64,000 nt of DNA from assembly GCA_951406725.2 (NCBI GenBank), contig OX597833.1, forward strand, positions 35,464,001 through 35,528,000. Reading direction: 5' to 3'. Below are positions 30,877 through 44,789 of the stretch, piece by piece. A model generated the notes under the pieces. The model searched no databases and was not told where the DNA came from. It saw only the letters and a program-made list of their open reading frames with translations. The stretch's first letter is position 1; each line of letters begins with the position of its first letter. Origin of the DNA: Octopus vulgaris (lineage: Eukaryota). The position numbers were made by a program, and so were the translations under genes.

Positions 30877-30957
30877 AAGTTGGCTGTCAACAATCCACTT
30901 CACGTATTATTATCCCGACATGCTCATCAACCTTTATAAACGTAACTAGACCCACAG
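30877..30957 (+). CDS. Candidate exon (81 nt, phase 1-1)
   Basis: TTTCTCACAAATGTAG| acceptor and CAG|GTCAGT donor. Only the phase-1 frame is open ((E)[26 protein letters not shown]), which is compatible with the ATG at 29687. Confidence 0.4.
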
Positions 30958-31010
30958 GTCAGTCTTTCATGACAGCAGCTAGGTTGTATAATATAATATA
31001 ATATAATAAA

Positions 31011-31043
<33 letters not shown>

Positions 31044-31137
31044 ATGGATAGATAGATATGTACGCGTGTATGTATACATGTATGTATATATATATATATA
31101 TATATATAAATATTTATATATACATATATATATAACG

Positions 31138-31220
<83 letters not shown>

Positions 31221-31312
31221 GGATAGATAGATAGATATGTATGCGTGTATGTATGTATGCATGTATGTATATATATATATATATTTATATATATACATAT
31301 ATCTAATATAAC

Positions 31313-31348
<36 letters not shown>

Positions 31349-31672
31349 GCACATACATACAGACATACACATGCATTGATTCAGGAAAAAAAAAAAAATA
31401 TATATATATTAACTCAAAGTTACTAATAGCTTCATGATAGTTAGAAACCCTTTAAGACTTTGCACAATTTTATGATCAACGGCATACACGAAAGCACCCC
31501 GATACACGAACCGCTCATTCCACTCTCCACGACATGAAAGGGTAACTGAGCATGCAATGAAGTCTGTCGTGAAATAATTGGCAGCAAAATATTACATAAT
31601 ATATCGACTACACCCAATACGTACGGACACATTTGTATGCATAGATAAATATGCATACATACATATATATAC

Positions 31673-31757
<85 letters not shown>

Positions 31758-31874
31758 TACATATATGTACATACATATATATACATATATATATATGTAT
31801 ACATATATATATATGTATACATATATATACATATATTTATATGTATACCTATATATATATATACGTATACATAC

Positions 31875-31928
<54 letters not shown>

Positions 31929-32072
31929 TATACATATAGCTTGCATATTTGTAGATGTATACATTTACATATCTTTGTATATCTGTCTATCTGTCTGCCT
32001 GCTTCTTTGTCTATCTATCTATCCGTCAGTCTATCTGTCCCTCTCTCTCTCCCTCACTCTCCCTGTATTTAT

Positions 32073-32103
<31 letters not shown>

Positions 32104-32487
32104 CATATATAAATCTGTGTACGTGTGTGAGTTTACATGGACATGCATGGAGGTAGACAACTCGTTATCCAGCATGATAGCCTTTCCCGTTAGGATTGTG
32201 GATGCAGCGCCTTGCTATCAAGGGTTCCCATAGTAATGACGGCATAGCAATGGCTATACCGAGTTTCAACGTCCTACGTACAGACAACTCCCCGATGAAG
32301 GACGCAACCACACAAACACCCGGACAATCGCAAATAGCATATATACGAATACTGCCATACATACATGCATACATACATACATACATACATACATACATAC
32401 ATACATACATACATACATACATACATACATACATACATACATACATACATACATACGTACGTACGTACGTACATACATATTTAAAGG

Positions 32488-32650
32488 GAGTTCAAATTCC
32501 GCCGAGATCGACTTTGCCTTTCATCCTTTCGGGGTCGATTAAATAAGTACCAGTTACGCACTGAGGTCGATATAATCGGCTTAATCCGTTTGTCTGTCCT
32601 TGTTTCTCCTCTCTGTGTTTAGCCCCTTGTGGGTAGTAAAGAAATAGATA
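32488..32650 (+). mobile_element. SINE family A, 5' truncated
   Basis: GAGTTCAAATTCCGCCGAGATCGACTTTGCCTTTCATCCTTTCGGGGTCGA; closely similar to 3834-3990. Confidence 0.9.
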
Positions 32651-32739
32651 CTTAAATGAAGATTCTTTGCTCCGCAACCTTGTTACCACGTAAGGGGCCG
32701 GTTAAAATTTATTCTAAAATTGAAAGGAGAAAGAAAAGA

Positions 32740-32781
<42 letters not shown>

Positions 32782-33287
32782 ATATACATGCACACATGGA
32801 CATATGTATATATATACATATATGAATGAATCTATGTATTTATGTACCGACGTATGCGCGTATATATTCCGTGTTTTCGTAATTACATAATTCTGAATCA
32901 GATTATCGATCTACGACTCCCTTCGTAACATGGAACAGATAATACAAAACAGAAGCTATTTCTTGTATGTATCCCAATTTATCTATGCTACGTATTTCAT
33001 TATATACCGGGATATACATTTAATACGGTTTAGCCATGTCCCTGGAGACCAAAGTACAAGAATATATATATATATATATATCACTATTTGCATAAAATAC
33101 AGGTACATATGTGTGTGTGTGTGTGTGCCAGTGTGTATTTATTTGTGAGTGTATGTGTGTATATATATATATACACACACGCGCGTGTATATACTTATAT
33201 ATAGATACACACAAACACACACATACCTAAACGTGTATGTCTTTATGTATGTATGTATTTATCTAAATTTATATATATATATATATG

Positions 33288-33322
<35 letters not shown>

Positions 33323-33455
33323 TGCACATGTACTTATATGCACATGTACTTATAAATGTGTGCGTGTGTACGTTGTTACACACACACACACATACTTCTT
33401 TAGTATTATTACTTAAAGCACACGATTGCTATAAATGACATCAACTATATATATG

Positions 33456-33512
<57 letters not shown>

Positions 33513-33538
33513 ATATTTATGTATATATAAATATATAT

Positions 33539-33571
<33 letters not shown>

Positions 33572-34370
33572 TAATTATATATTGGATTACACTTGAAAAG
33601 TTTGTTATATCAAAGTCTGTTTGTTGAACCGCTATTTAACTGGGTATAGGACCAAACAGGCATGCAAGTAGACACTGTCGCACGCACACACGCATACACA
33701 CACTCACACACACAGGCACACACGCGCACACGCGCAGACACGCACATGTATATAATATGTAAAACGTCCATTTAAAGATGTACACACACACGCACACACA
33801 TACACACACATATATATGTATTAAATAATTAAATATATTGTGAGCGGGAGAGGGGGAAGAGAAAGTGTGTGTGTGTGTGTGTGTTTGTGTTTGTGCGTGT
33901 GTTTGTGTCTGTGTGTATTTATTCAGACAAATTTACATGTATAACAACGGTTTAAAAAGTTTCAGCGCTTACAGATAAACCATACCCGTTTAAAAATACA
34001 CCCACACGTTGTAACACACACACACACATACAAACACACACATATATACACAAAGGCACCTATGGGGATGCACATATATACGCATAGAGATGAACATACA
34101 CACGCACGTATATACATACAAATCAGAGGAACACACACACACATACAAACACACTCGCTTACGGATACACTTACAGCAATACGAACACAAATGCATCCGC
34201 AACATAAGCATGCATATTGAAATATTAACGGACACACGTGTGATCGAAAATGCTAATTATTCAACGCTTTAATTTCATTAACTGATAATTTCAAATAACA
34301 CAACCTCATAAAACACTTGTACTCGCACATAGACACACACACACACAGACATACATATACACACATACAA

Positions 34371-34449
<79 letters not shown>

Positions 34450-34729
34450 CACACACATACACACACGTACAATCGCCGACCTTATATATAAAACAAACTT
34501 ATATGTTTGTGCACGCTCCTCTATATATACATTATATACACACACATACATGCATATACGTCTATCTATGTGTATATCGATATATATATATATATGTATG
34601 TATGTATATATATATACACACACATATATATATATATGTATGTATATATATGTATATATATATGTGTATGTATATATATACATATATAAATTTATATATA
34701 CATATATATATATAAATATATATATATAC

Positions 34730-34776
<47 letters not shown>

Positions 34777-34828
34777 TACATATGTATATATGTCTATTTA
34801 TATGAATTATATATTCATACGTGTATGC

Positions 34829-34864
<36 letters not shown>

Positions 34865-35039
34865 ATATGTGTATGTGTATGTGTGCACTTTGGTGACATA
34901 AATTAAAATGTATATTCGGTGAAGGTTGAAAGTTATCTTTGATATTTGAGTCTTGGATTTAAGAAAAAAAAAAAAAAAGGAAGTCGACAATGCGGTGAAC
35001 CTATCAGTCGGTATATTGAGGGGTCGGGTCAACACATGA

Positions 35040-35190
35040 AGTGAGAAGTCTGGTTCGTAACCACATGGAAGTGGTTTCAGTGCCACTGCATGACACCTTG
35101 AACAAGTCACTTGTACTATATCCCCAGCAGACCAAAGCCCTGTGAGTGATTTGGGAGATGAAAACAAAAAAGAAAAAAACCGTCGTGTGT
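35040..35190 (+). mobile_element. SINE family B, 5' half
   Basis: CCACTGCATGACACCTTGAACAAGTCAC...GACCAAAGCCCTGTGAGTGATTTGG. Confidence 0.75.
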
Positions 35191-35231
35191 TTGCATATAT
35201 ATATATATATATATATATACATACACACACG

Positions 35232-35290
<59 letters not shown>

Positions 35291-35306
35291 GTATATATGT
35301 ATATAT

Positions 35307-35353
<47 letters not shown>

Positions 35354-35563
35354 TATATATATACGTATATACGTGTGTGCATGTGTGTGCCTTTGTATAT
35401 GTTTCCTGGTGTTCTTTGTTTTTGCATTCTTTTTTGTTGCTGTTATGCCTCTGTAACTTTTGGGTTCGGAAAAAAGATAGAATAATTACCAAACCTTTGT
35501 TCGCTTTAACTCAGGGCAGTGTGCAGCATGACTGCTGTCCAGTGACTACAACAAGTAAGAAAA

Positions 35564-35629
<66 letters not shown>

Positions 35630-35661
35630 TATATGTATATATATATATGTATATATATGTA

Positions 35662-35722
<61 letters not shown>

Positions 35723-35731
35723 CTATATCTA

Positions 35732-35841
<110 letters not shown>

Positions 35842-36408
35842 CAGGTGCTTATATTATAGTAATGACGCCCCATACTAGTTGTAAATTTAGTAAAATGTAC
35901 CATGCCTGAGTTTGGTCAATGTATCGCAGACATATGAAGTAAACAAAGAAGGGAATGTAGATGACAATTAATCGGTTTGTATCCTTTCAATAATTAATAG
36001 AATTATTACATCAATCAACATGTTAGCTTATACAAATAAAAATGACTGTGAAACCATACAATACCAAATCAAATTTACTACCGATCATCTCATCAGATAG
36101 CGGAAATACGTATATATGTATATACATACATGTATGTATATACATACATGTATGTATGTACGCACGTGCGTATGTATGTATGCATGTATGTGTGCATGTG
36201 TGTGTAGTGTTGTGTGTGTGTGTGTATGTGTGTATATGTATGTATATGTATATATAGTTGCTCTCCTTATATATACACATATACATAGAATATACATACA
36301 TATGTGTGTGTGCATGTGTGTGTATATGTGTGTATACATATATAGATATATATATATATATATATATACATATACATGTATTTGTATATATAGTTGCTCT
36401 CCTGGTTT

Positions 36409-36466
<58 letters not shown>

Positions 36467-36500
36467 CATGTATTTGTATATATAGTTGCTCTCCTGGTTT

Positions 36501-36556
<56 letters not shown>

Positions 36557-37945
36557 CATATATAAAACACTCAAACATATTTCTAGTGGTTGTTCTTTTC
36601 AAATCCTTTGTGCACGCAGCCGTTAATATATATGCACCAACTTGTTGGTGCGATGATGTGTGAATGTTTATGTTTATATAGCCACTGGTCTGGAAGATTT
36701 TAGTTTTCACTTTGGTCGATGTATAGTATCGAATGGAAGTGAGTGTGTGCACTTGTCTTTGTAGATGTTTGTGGGTGTACGTTCCTGCGTATATATATTT
36801 TAAACTAATTTTCCTCTTCCATTGGTGATTCGGGGGATTATTTTTACGTATGGTTATTAATGGGTTTTTCCCCATATTTCTGTCTGCGACAACTTTATAT
36901 GTATGTAGTATAATACTGTATAATTGTTTCTGTAACTCTATGTAAACTTGTTGTTTGTTAAATTTCGATTGCCAAGTGCTGACCTCAAATCCCATGTACA
37001 ACTTCGTTCTCTATCAGTTAATTTATTTTTAAACTTTGGAATAGAGGAAACTATCAAGGTCTCGACTATTCTCTGTCCACATCTAATCAGCTTTTAAACA
37101 ATTACTAAACGTAGGTAACTACAGGAAAGAAAGCAGCTCTCTGTGTCTGAACAGTGTTAAACTTTTGAGATCGTAACAGCCTTGCGAAAAGGTAATTTAA
37201 TGTGAGAAGATAATTAATAACTACAATGAGAGTTACATCAAGTCAATCTAACGACATTGCACTCTTATTTCAATATTTTACCATCAGCCTAATGATGGAT
37301 TACGAGCAGAAGTCCTTAATTTTCAATGATTTATCTCAGCTAACTGCAAAGAGGCAACGTGGTGTCTGTAGAATTCAAGCTTATAGAATAGCCTCATAAC
37401 CAGAGGGAGAGAGAAAAAAAACATTTAGAAACATAACGTATTGAAAACGGAGATAAGTTCCAGCAAACTGCATCAAATTTTGGCAAATGGTTGTTATTAA
37501 TCCCAGAGATTTTCTTCACCAGAAAGTAATTGAATGCTCAATATAAAGTTCATCTTAGATGCTTGGTTCATTTATAGTATAAAATGATTTTTGTAAACGA
37601 TGTAAGTGTTCTTACTAGATATCATAAAGTATTCCAGAGAGTTTATGATAATAGTTGTCATAGAAGCATTCATTTAAATGCTTTTATCCTAAATGGAGTT
37701 TAAAATTTCAAGTCACGATTATACATATCATATTCTAGATTTTATTCTACCATTACTATTGTTTGCTTACAGTCGATCAAATAGTGTTCTGATGGTACTT
37801 TTAGATCATATCCTGTTTAGAATAAATATCTGTTGCTTCTCTTGTTGTTTTATTGTTTACCTGGGTATTTTCAGACTTTCAGACTGAAGAAGAAATATGT
37901 GTAATATCTTCCTCAGTTTGTTTCTATGAACACACACACACACAC

Positions 37946-38001
<56 letters not shown>

Positions 38002-38030
38002 ATGTATGTATGTATGTATGTATGCATGTA

Positions 38031-38073
<43 letters not shown>

Positions 38074-38119
38074 CTACGTATGCATGTATATATATATGTA
38101 TGTATGTATCTATGTATGC

Positions 38120-38216
<97 letters not shown>

Positions 38217-38459
38217 GTATATTCATAGGTATATTTCTTAGCTTTCTATTTTTAGCAGCCATAAATAATAAGCAAAGATTGGTTCGTAAAAGTATCGGTT
38301 AGTACTGCTAATGTCCGACTAAAACTAGAGGTAAGATAAAAAGAATAAAATGATGAAAACGAACAAAACTTGTATGAAAACTAAGCACTACAATAAAAAC
38401 AAAATAAAATCACAATGACAAAAACATTAAAATGTAAAAAATGTAATTATCATTCCAAA

Positions 38460-38842
38460 ACCACCATAAGAAGCTTCCTTCCCAGCCACATGGTTCCGGG
38501 TTCCGTGGCACATTGGGTGTATGTCTTCTACCAAAGCTTCGGACCGACCAACCCCTTGAGTGTGGATTTGGTAGGCAGAAAGAAGTCCGTCTATATATAT
38601 ACTTATATATATGTGTGTGAGTGAGTGTGCGTGCGTGTGTGTGTGTGTGTGATGGGGGGGGGGGGAGTTTTTTAATCTTCTTCCCCACTACTGTTTAGCA
38701 ACCAGTGTTAGTTTCTTTACATTTACGGAACTTCGCGAGTCGGCAAAGCTTCAAAAATAAGTGCTGGATCAATTTCTTCTATGAAACTCTTACAAGACGG
38801 TGCCCCTGCATGAACGCAATCCAATGACTGAAACAAGTAAAA
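38460..38842 (+). mobile_element. SINE family B
   Basis: CCACATGGTTCCGGGTTCC...TGAGTGTGGATTTGGTAG...AATGACTGAAACAAGTAAAA. Confidence 0.8.
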
Positions 38843-39171
38843 CACACACACACATATATATATGTGTGTGTGTGTGTGTGTCTGTGCATGTATGCATGTG
38901 TGAGTGAGTGTGTGTGTGTGTAATGTATATATATATATATGCATGTATACATCTCAGTATGCGTGCTTAACAGGTAAAGTGTGTTCGTTAGTGTGAGCAA
39001 CAGTGTTATAGAATGCTTGATGAGTGTATTAAAGGACGACAGTACACATCTGTAAGACATAACTTTAAACAATGCCATCTGTTGCTGCACATCAGAGTTG
39101 AGTTTGAACACGAAATGCAGACATACTTAGACATACTTTTTTTGCCTCCGCTTTATTGTCACACACGTGTG

Positions 39172-39202
<31 letters not shown>

Positions 39203-39305
39203 CTATAACTTATGCCTACATACACACTTACACGTGTGTGTTTGTGTGTAGTGTGTGTACGTATACGCAAGACACACACACGTATACATGTGTGGAAATG
39301 TATGA

Positions 39306-39351
<46 letters not shown>

Positions 39352-39460
39352 TTACACACATCTATATATTTGTATACATAAATACTTATACACAAATCCA
39401 TCTACGCATACATACTTACATGCAGACAGATAGACAGACAGACAGACAGACAGATAGATT

Positions 39461-39518
<58 letters not shown>

Positions 39519-40492
39519 CAATATCTGTGAGGGAGAGAGAAATAGAGAGAGAGAGAGAGAGAGAGACAGCATGAGAGAAAGAGAAATATGCGTGCGTGTA
39601 CTTAATTCAAACGGATAAGGTATACGCGCTTACTTAACTCATTAATTCAAAAGATATGAAGTTGATGTGTGGAACTTCCTTCGTATATTCCTCGTAAGCA
39701 TTCGTTTTCCTCATTCCTTTGTTTTGTCAGCGTCTGTCTATTTCTATTTTCATATACATTCGTACATACATACATGTTAGCGTACATTGATTTAAACTTA
39801 CTAATATACACACATATACATATATACATACACATACATATGTACTTATGATACATATACAGAAAGGCAAAAAAAATACCAGCTGATGACAAATATATTC
39901 AACAGAAAACCAAATTTGAATGAAAATAGCCATACCATTGCCAATTATAGGAGAATGTTCTATAGGGATGAAGTTGTAGTCAAAACAAACTGGAATAGAA
40001 TAATAAGAGAAATTATAACGGTCAACATTTTGAGACCAACGGATGAGAAAATTATCTGCGTAAATTAAAACTCCTTTCTGTATCATCAGCGCCTGAAATT
40101 TTGTGAGAATATAAGCTTTAACTATTTATAAATCAACCATGTTGTTTTTTTGGCACCAATGTATATAAAAAGAAAATATACGGATGTAACATTCCTTCCA
40201 GTATCATAGCCGTTATTATCAGAAAGATAGGCTATATTCCAGTTCAGAATATGTTAGAACTGTAATTTTCAGAAAAAGAATGTAATTCATAATTTGTAGA
40301 TAAAGTAATCTGGATATCTAGAAGAGTAACAACCTGTACGAGCTTCAATGATAAAAGGTTGCTTAAAGAAAGGAAGCAACACATCTCCACCATTCCTCTC
40401 CATTCTTTTCATTTTCTTTTTATAATGGTATCCCTGAGCAGGTGGTAGACGGTTAAAGTAAACTTTAAAAGTCAAACCGGGATGAGTAAAAA

Positions 40493-40536
<44 letters not shown>

Positions 40537-40559
40537 TATATGTGCATTTTTACTCACTC

Positions 40560-40619
<60 letters not shown>

Positions 40620-40868
40620 ATTTTTACTCATACATACACAAACATAATCACGTCTATATATATGTGTGTGTATATATATATATATTTACATACACACATA
40701 CAAACACAGGACATATTAATGGTTGGGTGTGTATGTTTATGCGCGTGTTTGTGTGTATATTTATCGTTTCCAATGTTGTTAAAGCGGGCAAAGAGACAAA
40801 AAAAAATGTTATTTAGACAATCAAATACCGTATAGTTCATATTAATGGATAATATCAAATAATTGAGT

Positions 40869-41060
40869 AAGGCGGCGAGTTGGCAGAATCGTTAGCACGC
40901 ATTTCGTCCATCTTTATGTTCTGAGTTCAAATCTCTCCGAGGCTGACCTTACTTTTCATCTCTTTCAGGGTTGATAAAATAAGTACCAGTCGAGTACTGG
41001 GGGCGATTTAATCGACATACACCTTCTACCGAAATTGTTGGCTTTGTATCAATATTTGAT
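40869..41060 (+). mobile_element. SINE family A
   Basis: AAGGCGGCGAGTTGGCAGAATCGTTAGCACG head; GAGTTCAAAT; GTTGATAAAATAAGTACCAG. Confidence 0.88.
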
Positions 41061-41085
41061 AACTGAGTTTTAATTATGAAGTTAC

Positions 41086-41350
41086 CAATAAAATAAAATA
41101 AATGCGCCCTTTTAAAGCCTAGCCTGGCTCATGGGCCCGGTTTACCGGTTTCTATAGCGTATGTGTTCCCCAGCTGGACGGGACGCGAGTCTATCGCAGC
41201 GTTACTCATTTTTGCCAGCTGAGTGGACTGGAGCAACGTGAAATGAAGTGTTTTGCTCAAGAACACAACGTGTCGCCTGGTCCAGGAATCGAAGCCACAA
41301 TCTTACGATCATGGTGCTGACACCCTAACCACTAAGCCACGCGCCTCCAC
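41086..41350 (-). mobile_element. tRNA-derived CORE-type SINE, family C, full length with target-site duplication
   Basis: Minus strand GTGGAGGCGCGTGGCTTAGTGGTTAGG (A box)...GCTTCGATTCC (B box)...TGTGTTCTTGAGCAAAACACTT, with a (TTTTA)n tail. Direct repeat GAAGTTAC at 41078-41085 and 41351-41358. Confidence 0.9.
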
Positions 41351-41928
41351 GAAGTTACTATAGGAGTTGACTAATTCACATCAGTATTAGAGACAGAAGG
41401 ATTGGCATCACTGATTCATACGGTGTCTGTTTAGAACTAAAGTGTTTTCTTATATTGAATGAACGGGGTGGGGTGGGACTGGGATGGAATACAAGGTATA
41501 CGTACGTATGAATATCCGGTTGAATGTTGTTAGAAATGAATAGTGCGAGGTTTCCCGGGAAGATTTTTACGTTATTCAGTTCAAAATAGTGATTCTGTCC
41601 GTGATATATATACGAGGTATTTATGCTTCTAGAACTTTTGATTTGCACTAAATCGTCCAGTTTGAGACTTTCCTGAATGTATGTATGTGTGTGTGTATGT
41701 ATGTGTGTATGTGTGTGTGTGTGTGTGTGATTCAAGGTGAAAAATGGAGATGAGTAATGACTGATGTACGAAAAGGGTATTGATTGACATAAGTCATTAG
41801 TTGATAGGATATATTAGTTAGTGTCCACTTGAGTGTATATATGCGTATTGCTATGCACGCGCGCGCATGTGTGTATATGTATGTGCGCGAACGGCTATAC
41901 ATATATTTATACATATACACATATATAT

Positions 41929-42011
<83 letters not shown>

Positions 42012-42687
42012 GGGAGAGAGAGAGATACATATATACATACATATACATACTGTAAAATTATACACACATGTGTATATTGTAGGAACAGTTGTATACTTCA
42101 TGATGAGCATTAAGCGACAAATACGTGGATAGATAAACATCCGCTTCTCTCTCTTTCACTCTCTGCTTCTCTTCTCCCTCTCTCTTTCTCTCTGTGTGTG
42201 GTGTGTGTGTGCATAAACAAATTACATATAAATGATATATGAATGATATCAACTATCGACCGAGCTACAAAGGTACACACACACACACACACACACATAC
42301 ACACACACACACTGGTGACCTTTTTACATACACGAAGACTTCTGATTGGCTGTCCACATCGCCGATATCAAAAGATCCAGCACATTGAATTGTTTAACAA
42401 ATAACATAACGTATCTCCTAACAAAAATAGATTTAACATACCTGTTGCAAATGCAACAATTAGAAATATATGGGGAACTTTATATAAGCTTATCCATGCT
42501 TATTCATCAATTCAATATTTTGAATCTCTCACTCACTCACTCACTTCTGTTTCTCCCCCTCTCTCTTCCCCATCTATCTCTGTGTCTCTCTCTCTCTCAC
42601 GCACACAGAGAGAAACACATACACAGAAATGCATTTGTTGTTGAAAATTCATTTAAATTGTGTATGTGAATATGTCTAGACGTGTGC

Positions 42688-42751
<64 letters not shown>

Positions 42752-42800
42752 ATATATGTATGTATGTATGTATATGTATATATGTATTTATGTATGTATG

Positions 42801-42858
<58 letters not shown>

Positions 42859-43354
42859 TACACACATATACACACACACACAATCTCTGCATTCCCTCGT
42901 ACGTTACATAAAAAGCATTCGGTCCAAAATTAGACACCTGAAGTTAATTGCAGTTACATGATTGCAATGGCACTTCAACTGATCCTAACCAGAAATCCTG
43001 CCTTGATTAGTAATCATAATAACGTTACAGTTATTCTTAAATCACTTCTCTGTAACACTGGAATCCAAATCCAGTGGATGATTATACAATCACACTTAAT
43101 TCCTCATCTGCTAATCACATTACATTGACTGGCAACAATGTGTGGTCACAATGACAAAATTTCAACATGTAGATCTAACCCTAGTGTTATTTATTAAGCC
43201 ATCCTCGATTAACAATTACATTTTCCTTACGACGAAATAACACTGATCCGAAAGTGGAAAGTGACAGCCAGCACTCAATTACAATCTCAACATATTCACT
43301 GATTTGAAACGGTGATCGATAAAAGGCCAATCACAGTAATTGTTAAGCACAATT

Positions 43355-43690
43355 CACAATGGAGTATCGGTTGATTCTGATAAATCATTATAAATCAGAT
43401 TGTGACTAGACTGTATACTATGGATTGACTCTAATAAGTCTTAGTTGATCAAACTATAGCCACAGTATAGCATTAGTTGATTCTAATTAATTACAGCGAC
43501 AGCGTAGCATTGGCTGACCCCAATGAATAATAGAACCGTACTATTGATTTAGGTGATCCTGACAGATCATAGAACGAGAGTATAGCACTAGGTTATTCTA
43601 ATAGATCACAGAAACACGGATAAAGATTGTCGACTCTAATAAATAATAGAATCAGAATGTTACATTGATTGACTGTAAATCATAGTACAT
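43355..43690. repeat. Degenerate minisatellite, ~39-bp unit
   Basis: Consecutive units ACAGCGTAGCATTGGCTGACCCCAATGAATAATAGAACC / GTACTATTGATTTAGGTGATCCTGACAGATCATAGAACG / AGAGTATAGCACTAGGTTATTCTAATAGATCACAGAAAC. Confidence 0.75.
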
Positions 43691-44789
43691 CAAATATATA
43701 ATCAGATATAATTATTAAGCCTAGCTAAATCGAAATGTAATCTCAATGCTGCATATGTTAAGTCATAACACATCACAGTACATCAGCATAGACATGTTGG
43801 TTGAGAGTAAAGATCTATTAAACTGTATTTTGTCAGGTGATTGTTAAATGACGAGCAAATGTAATAACGTAGAAGCGACAAAATCTCTATTAATACCGAG
43901 TATTTTGACCATTGTTGCCCACATACTTACACAGAAAACGCATGACTACCAATGTCAAAACGTTATAATTCATGGCAGACGTTTAGACACACTGACAGTC
44001 ACACACAGACACAGATGGAACCCTAAGAAGAATCAATAAAGACAAAATTTATTTCAACTTATAATTAATAACTTGTCAACTATTAATTACCATACGCTGA
44101 TAATAATAATATGCTATACCTATTTTTGCAAGAATTCTGCTAAGAATTATAATAAACATATTTCTACAACAACTACGAATTTACAAGTTTAGCATTGTGA
44201 TATATCAGTAGAAATAACAATACGATTAAATATAATAGCTTAGCATAAAATAAACAGCAGAGGGGTCTGTTGTATAACGTAGAAGATAACATGTGAGCCA
44301 CAGAAGAGAGTCTGGTAAGTGTTTGAATAACAATACGTTATAAATTCAGCTGGTAGACTGAATAGCATTAACAAATGATATTGTGAATGCATTTGAACTA
44401 TAGCTGTGTGACATATATGTATAACAATAGCAATAAGCTGAATAAGCTGTATGATTTATTCAATATATGACACAGAACCAACAACAATGCAAAATTGATT
44501 TCTTCATTAAAAATTACAAAAGGCAAGAACAACAAGCAGAAAGTCAAACAGTAAGATGCTTTGTAACTTTTGTTGTTTAGTCCAAGTCAGCCCTATTGGA
44601 TCAGATATATAGAGAAAGGCATTCCAACCATGAACATCCCAACTTTTTGAAGCATAGTGTACTTTGGACAATATTACCAAATGTGTGGTTATCTCAGAAT
44701 GATAAAGTGTATTATGCATAACTCCAATAAAGGGATAGTTTTTACATTTCTCTTACAGTCATGTATCTTACAACTCTTACTCTCTCATA

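Noticed and set aside
32150-32350. GC-rich island with ORFs on both strands and a GAAAC-TCG-GTA motif
   Set aside because: No convincing splice pair, no recognisable peptide, and no CUGANGA core on the matching strand.
36570-37000. Minus ORF vaguely like a Penelope GIY-YIG region ([14 protein letters not shown]...)
   Set aside because: The motifs are too degenerate to call by eye.
40070-40092. Exact CTGATGA...GAAA on the minus strand
   Set aside because: Only 4 nt separate the motifs and stems I and III cannot form; a chance match.
41376-41675. ~100-codon non-repetitive minus ORF (ESLKLDDLVQIK...)
   Set aside because: Weak acceptor, no recognisable domain, and phase incompatible with the 46357 exon.
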